Shown piece after piece: positions 14,823 through 18,061 of a stretch of 18,061 bases of DNA. A program made the position numbers and the translations under genes. Source of the stretch: Elusimicrobiota bacterium (GTDB lineage: Bacteria > Elusimicrobiota > Elusimicrobia > FEN-1173); NCBI GenBank assembly GCA_052388135.1, contig JBQTIM010000184.1, positions 1 to 18,061 on the forward strand. The letters are read 5' to 3'. The first letter of the stretch is position 1, and each line of letters begins with the position of its first letter. The notes under the pieces are model-generated. The model saw nothing but the letters and a program-made list of their open reading frames with translations. It made no database searches and was not told the DNA's origin.

Positions 14823-16526
14823 TCATTGCCGCTCAGCAATGCGCGATCCGAAATCCTCAATGTATTTATTCGTGACGGGCATGCGGCGGTCGCGGCCGAA
14901 GGCTTTGGGGGTGATCTTCACGCCGGGCGGGGCCTGGCGGCGCTTGTGCTCGGCGGCGGCGATGAGGCGCAGGACGCGCCGCGCGGCCGTTTCGTCCGCG
15001 CCCGCCTTTAAAATTTCAGCCAGGCCTTTGTCGCCTTCCACGGCCAGCTCGACGATCTTGTCGAGCGCGTCGTAGGGCGGCAGGGAATCCTGGTCCGTCT
15101 GGTTCGGGCGCAGCTCGGCAGTGGGCGGGCGGTCGAAGACGCTTCGCGGGATGATCTCGCGGCCGGCCCTCTCGTTGACGCGGCGCGCCAGGCGATAAAC
15201 GAGATTTTTGGGAATGTCCTTGATGACGGCGAAGCCGCCGGCCGTGTCGCCGTAGAGAGTGCTGTAGCCCACCGAGGTTTCCGATTTGTTCCCCGTGGTG
15301 AGGACCATCCAGCCGAACTTGTTGGACAAAGCCATCAGCAGGACGCCCCGGACGCGGGATTGCAGGTTCTCCTCGGTGATGTCGGCGGGTTTTCCGGCGA
15401 AAAGGGGCGCCAGGGCCTCCAGGAACTTCTCGACCACGGCCTGGATCGGGATGGAATGGAACGCCAGGCCCAGGTTGCGGGCCAAAGTTTCGGCGTCGGA
15501 GCGCGTCTCCGGCGCGTTGAACTTGGAGGGGAGCGTCACCCCGACGACGTTTTCGCGCCCCAGGGCGTCGGCCGCCACGCAGGCCACCAGGGAGGAATCA
15601 ATGCCGCCCGAGAGGCCCACCACCGCTTTCTGGAATCCATTTTTGCGCAGATAGTCCCGCGTGCCCAGCACGAGGGCGGCGTGGATTTCGTCCAGCTCCG
15701 CCAGCGGAGAAGCGACGGCCGGCGGAACGGCCGGGCGCGGCGCCGAGGGGGAGGGGAGGCTGAAAGCCGCGCGCGCGGGCTTGCGGGCCGGGGGAAGGTC
15801 CAGGTCCAGGGTGAGGAGGGCCTCCTGGAATTGGGGCGCGCGGGCCAGGACGCGGCCGCGGGGGTCCACCACGAAGGACGCGCCGTCGAAGACCAGCTCG
15901 TCCTGGCCGCCCGCGAGGTTGCAGTAGGCGACGTGGGCGCGGCTTTCCCGCGCGCGGGCGCGCAGGAGTTTTTCCCTTTGATCCAGCTTGCCGGCGTGGT
16001 AGGGGCTGGAGGAAATGTTGAGGATGAGGGAAGCGCCTTTCCGCGCCGCCTGGAGGGCGGGGCCGCCGGCCGTCCAGATGTCCTCGCAGACGGTGACGCC
16101 GGCCAGAGCGCCGCCGCTTTTGAGCAGGAGCGGGTCGCGGCCGGGGACGAAATAGCGCCGTTCGTCGAAGACGCCGTAGTTGGGCAGGAGCTGTTTGCGG
16201 TAGAAGGCGCGGACTTTGCCGCCGGAGATCACGGCTGCCGCGTTGAAGAGGCGGCCCGGCGCGCCCTCGGGACAGCCCGCCACGGCGGCGAGCCCCGGCG
16301 GAAAATCGCGCGCCAGAGTTTGCAGGGTCCGGGCGGCGGCCTTGAGGAAAGGGCCGTGGAGCAAAAGGTCTTCCGGGGGATAGCCCGTGAGCGCCAGCTC
16401 GGGAAACAGCACCAGGTCCGGGCGCAGAGGGGCGGCGCGGCGCGCGAAATCGAGGATCTTGGCCGCGTTGCCGGTTAAATCCCCGACGGTGGGGTTGATC
16501 TGCGCGAGGGACAGGCGGAAGGGCAT
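14823..16526 (-). CDS. nadE: Glutamine-dependent NAD+ synthetase (N-terminal nitrilase/CN-hydrolase domain plus C-terminal NAD synthetase domain)
   Basis: The start is MPFRLSLAQINPTVGDL, by codon arithmetic from the ORF track. The CN-hydrolase region is FPELALTGYPPEDL, and the nitrilase catalytic cysteine sits in VTVCEDIW. The P-loop of the synthetase domain is GLSGGIDSS. The protein is 567 aa. Confidence 0.9.
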   Translation of the reverse strand: MPFRLSLAQINPTVGDLTGNAAKILDFARRAAPLRPDLVLFPELALTGYPPEDLLLHGPFLKAAARTLQTLARDFPPGLAAVAGCPEGAPGRLFNAAAVISGGKVRAFYRKQLLPNYGVFDERRYFVPGRDPLLLKSGGALAGVTVCEDIWTAGGPALQAARKGASLILNISSSPYHAGKLDQREKLLRARARESRAHVAYCNLAGGQDELVFDGASFVVDPRGRVLARAPQFQEALLTLDLDLPPARKPARAAFSLPSPSAPRPAVPPAVASPLAELDEIHAALVLGTRDYLRKNGFQKAVVGLSGGIDSSLVACVAADALGRENVVGVTLPSKFNAPETRSDAETLARNLGLAFHSIPIQAVVEKFLEALAPLFAGKPADITEENLQSRVRGVLLMALSNKFGWMVLTTGNKSETSVGYSTLYGDTAGGFAVIKDIPKNLVYRLARRVNERAGREIIPRSVFDRPPTAELRPNQTDQDSLPPYDALDKIVELAVEGDKGLAEILKAGADETAARRVLRLIAAAEHKRRQAPPGVKITPKAFGRDRRMPVTNKYIEDFGSRIAERQ

Positions 16527-16561
16527 AAGGGGCGGGCGCCGCCGGAGCGCGGGCCGGGCGG

Positions 16562-17788
16562 CTACCTTTTTAAATCTTCGGCCAGCAGGATGGCCTCGGC
16601 GATGTCCTTCATGGACTTGCGGCGGTCCATGCTCTGTTTTTGGATTTCGCGGAAGGCCTCGGGCTCGGAGACGCCGCGCTGTTTCATGAGCACGCCCTTG
16701 GCCCGCTCCACCAGCTTGCGGGTCTCCAGGGCCTCCTGGGCGGCCAGTTTCTCGGTCAGCAGGCGCGTGTGGACGATGGCCGAGGCGCACTGGTTGGCCA
16801 CGGCCTGCAGGAGGTCCACGTCCTCCTTGGCGAAATGAAGTTCCTCGGCCGCGTAGGTGTTGATCACGCCCACGGCCTTGTCCTTGAAAAGCATGGGCAC
16901 CGAGAGCATGGAGACCAGGCCCTCGCTGGCGGCGATGTCGGGGAAGCCGTAGCGCTTGTCCTTGCGCACGTCTGGCACCGTGACGGGTTTTTTCTCCAGC
17001 ACCGCCTGGCCGGAGATGCTTTGGCTCACCTTGATGGGCGGCTTGTTGCGGTAGGCGTCCGACAAGGATTGGGTGGCGGCGATGCGCAGTTCCTTGCCGT
17101 CGTCGTCCAAAAGCATGACGGAGCAGGTCTTGGAGCCGAGGAGGGAGGCCGTCATGGCCACGATGAGCTGGAGGATTTCCTCCGGGTAGCGGTTGGACGC
17201 CACGGTGTGCGAGACGGCGGAGAGAGTTTGGATGGCGTCGGCCTTGCGCTTGGCGTCCTCGTAAAGCCGCGCGTTCTCGATGGCGCCGCCCACCTGCCGC
17301 GCGATGGTGGCCAGCAGTTTCAGCAGGCTGTCGCCGTGGGCCACGGGCTTGCGGTGCTGGACGTTCACCACGCCCGCCAGGCCGTCCCGCGCCAGAATGG
17401 GCACGGAGAGGAACCCCTCGTAGCGGTCCTCGGGCAGGCTCTGGAAGAATTTAAAGCGCGGGTCTTCGTGGGCGCGTTCGGAAAGCACCAGGGGTTTCTT
17501 GTGCTGGGCCACCCAGCCCGTGAGGCCTTCGCCGACCTTCAGGCGCAGGCGGCCGATCTCGCCGGGGTGCGGGGTCTTGGAGGCTGAAAGCACCAGGCTG
17601 TTGGAGGGGGGAGGCTCGTATAAATATAGGAAGCAGGCGTCCGCCTTGGTGACGCGGGTCACCAGGCCCACGATTTCCTGGAGGATGGGCTTCAGCTCGA
17701 GGGTGGAGCCCAGGATGCCGGTGATCTGATGGAGAAGATCGAGCTCGGCCGCCGAGTCAGCCGGGGCTGTTTTTTTCGCGCGAGGCAT
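16562..17788 (-). CDS. GAF-GAF-ANTAR regulator (signal-sensing RNA-binding antiterminator)
   Basis: Two GAF-like domains are followed by a C-terminal ANTAR domain (AQEALETRKLVERAKGVLMKQRGVSEPEAFREIQKQSMDRRKSMKDIAEAIL). A GGAG RBS lies upstream of the ATG. The stop lies 35 nt upstream of nadE. Confidence 0.75.
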   Translation of the reverse strand: MPRAKKTAPADSAAELDLLHQITGILGSTLELKPILQEIVGLVTRVTKADACFLYLYEPPPSNSLVLSASKTPHPGEIGRLRLKVGEGLTGWVAQHKKPLVLSERAHEDPRFKFFQSLPEDRYEGFLSVPILARDGLAGVVNVQHRKPVAHGDSLLKLLATIARQVGGAIENARLYEDAKRKADAIQTLSAVSHTVASNRYPEEILQLIVAMTASLLGSKTCSVMLLDDDGKELRIAATQSLSDAYRNKPPIKVSQSISGQAVLEKKPVTVPDVRKDKRYGFPDIAASEGLVSMLSVPMLFKDKAVGVINTYAAEELHFAKEDVDLLQAVANQCASAIVHTRLLTEKLAAQEALETRKLVERAKGVLMKQRGVSEPEAFREIQKQSMDRRKSMKDIAEAILLAEDLKR

Positions 17789-17844
17789 AAAAGGTTTGCT
17801 CCAGTCGGAAGGATTTTAGAAACTGTATCAGGCGCCGGGCCAGG

Positions 17845-17873
17845 TTGACAAGCATACACATGTATGATAAAAA
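17845..17873 (+). promoter_or_regulatory. Strong sigma70-like promoter (TTGACA-17 nt-TGaTAAAAA) pointing rightward and divergent from the GAF-ANTAR gene, with a palindrome (CATACA-CA-TGTATG) in the spacer
   Basis: It has a perfect -35 hexamer, a 17-nt spacer and an extended -10. The spacer palindrome looks like an operator. Confidence 0.5.
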
Positions 17874-17962
17874 TTATTTATGAGGCCAAAAGTTCCGGTT
17901 CGCCGCGGGCCTTCCCGCCCGCATCCTGCAAGTCATCCGGAAACCTGTCATCGAGGAGGAGG

Positions 17963-18058
17963 CCGATTTTTCCGCGCCGAGGCGAAGAGCGAGAGGGGCG
18001 CAGGCCCTCTGCGGCCTGTAACCGACGAGCAACGAAGCCGCAGGGCGCGGAAAAATCG
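17963..18058 (+). other. Highly structured transcribed leader or ncRNA: 14-bp perfect inverted repeat (GATTTTTCCGCGCC ... GGCGCGGAAAAATC) enclosing about 68 nt with mutually exclusive hairpins; truncated by the window end
   Basis: The region lies 80-180 nt downstream of the promoter at 17845-17873. The internal alternatives are CGCAG-GCCCT-CTGCG versus CAGGCC-CTCTGC-GGCCTG, with a downstream CCGCAG able to pair with CTGCGG. A GAGGAGGAGG stretch sits just 5' of the element. Confidence 0.4.
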
Positions 18059-18061
18059 GAA

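Noticed and set aside
15360-17587. Long + strand ORFs (15360..16478 and 16640..17587) opposite nadE and the GAF-ANTAR gene
   Set aside because: They run antisense to strongly supported genes and have Gly/Arg-rich low-complexity translations.
17880-18061. Leaderless Arg-rich ORF (MRPKVPVRRGPSRP...) starting at the predicted TSS and running off the window
   Set aside because: Its composition is typical of GC-rich non-coding frames, and the region is dominated by inverted repeats. I treat it as a structured leader, but coding cannot be excluded without downstream sequence.
1-18061. Search for tRNA, rRNA and CRISPR arrays
   Set aside because: No T-loop or anticodon-arm architecture, rRNA-like conserved blocks or regularly spaced direct repeats were found. 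The only repeats are the two-copy 45-nt hairpin and the isolated inverted repeats.

Overview
This is a high-GC (about 68-70%) bacterial chromosomal segment. It mixes housekeeping genes (a glycerophosphodiester phosphodiesterase, a MidA-type methyltransferase, radC-vanZ-yjbQ, rmuC, ychF, nadE, an SDR oxidoreductase) with four more unusual parts. (1) A family-1 encapsulin iron-storage operon on the minus strand has a VKOR-like CxxC four-helix membrane protein inserted, apparently translationally coupled, between the encapsulated-ferritin cargo gene and the shell gene. A CBS-pair gene and a YHS metal-binding gene are transcribed divergently from a strong promoter next to it. (2) A roughly 1.4 kb low-GC (about 48-50%) island sits between a SpoIID-domain gene and radC. 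It carries a lipoprotein gene and a multi-pass membrane protein with an unrecognised 145-residue cytoplasmic domain. The SpoIID gene beside it carries an in-frame TAG at a position that aligns, from memory of the family, with a conserved Tyr of its C-terminal region. (3) A GAF-GAF-ANTAR RNA-binding regulator sits upstream of nadE, and beside it a strong divergent promoter drives a highly structured leader that runs off the window edge. (4) Several structured non-coding elements occur: a 45-nt hairpin repeat present in two copies 1.7 kb apart, a cruciform-like inverted-repeat element of about 110 nt, and palindromes that overlap promoters. The window also opens with a degenerate stand-alone nucleotide-binding (N) domain of a P1B-type heavy-metal ATPase. 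I found no tRNA, rRNA or CRISPR array. Many long ORFs in the track are antisense or out-of-frame artefacts of high GC and were rejected. Coordinates for non-ORF elements may be off by 1-2 nt.
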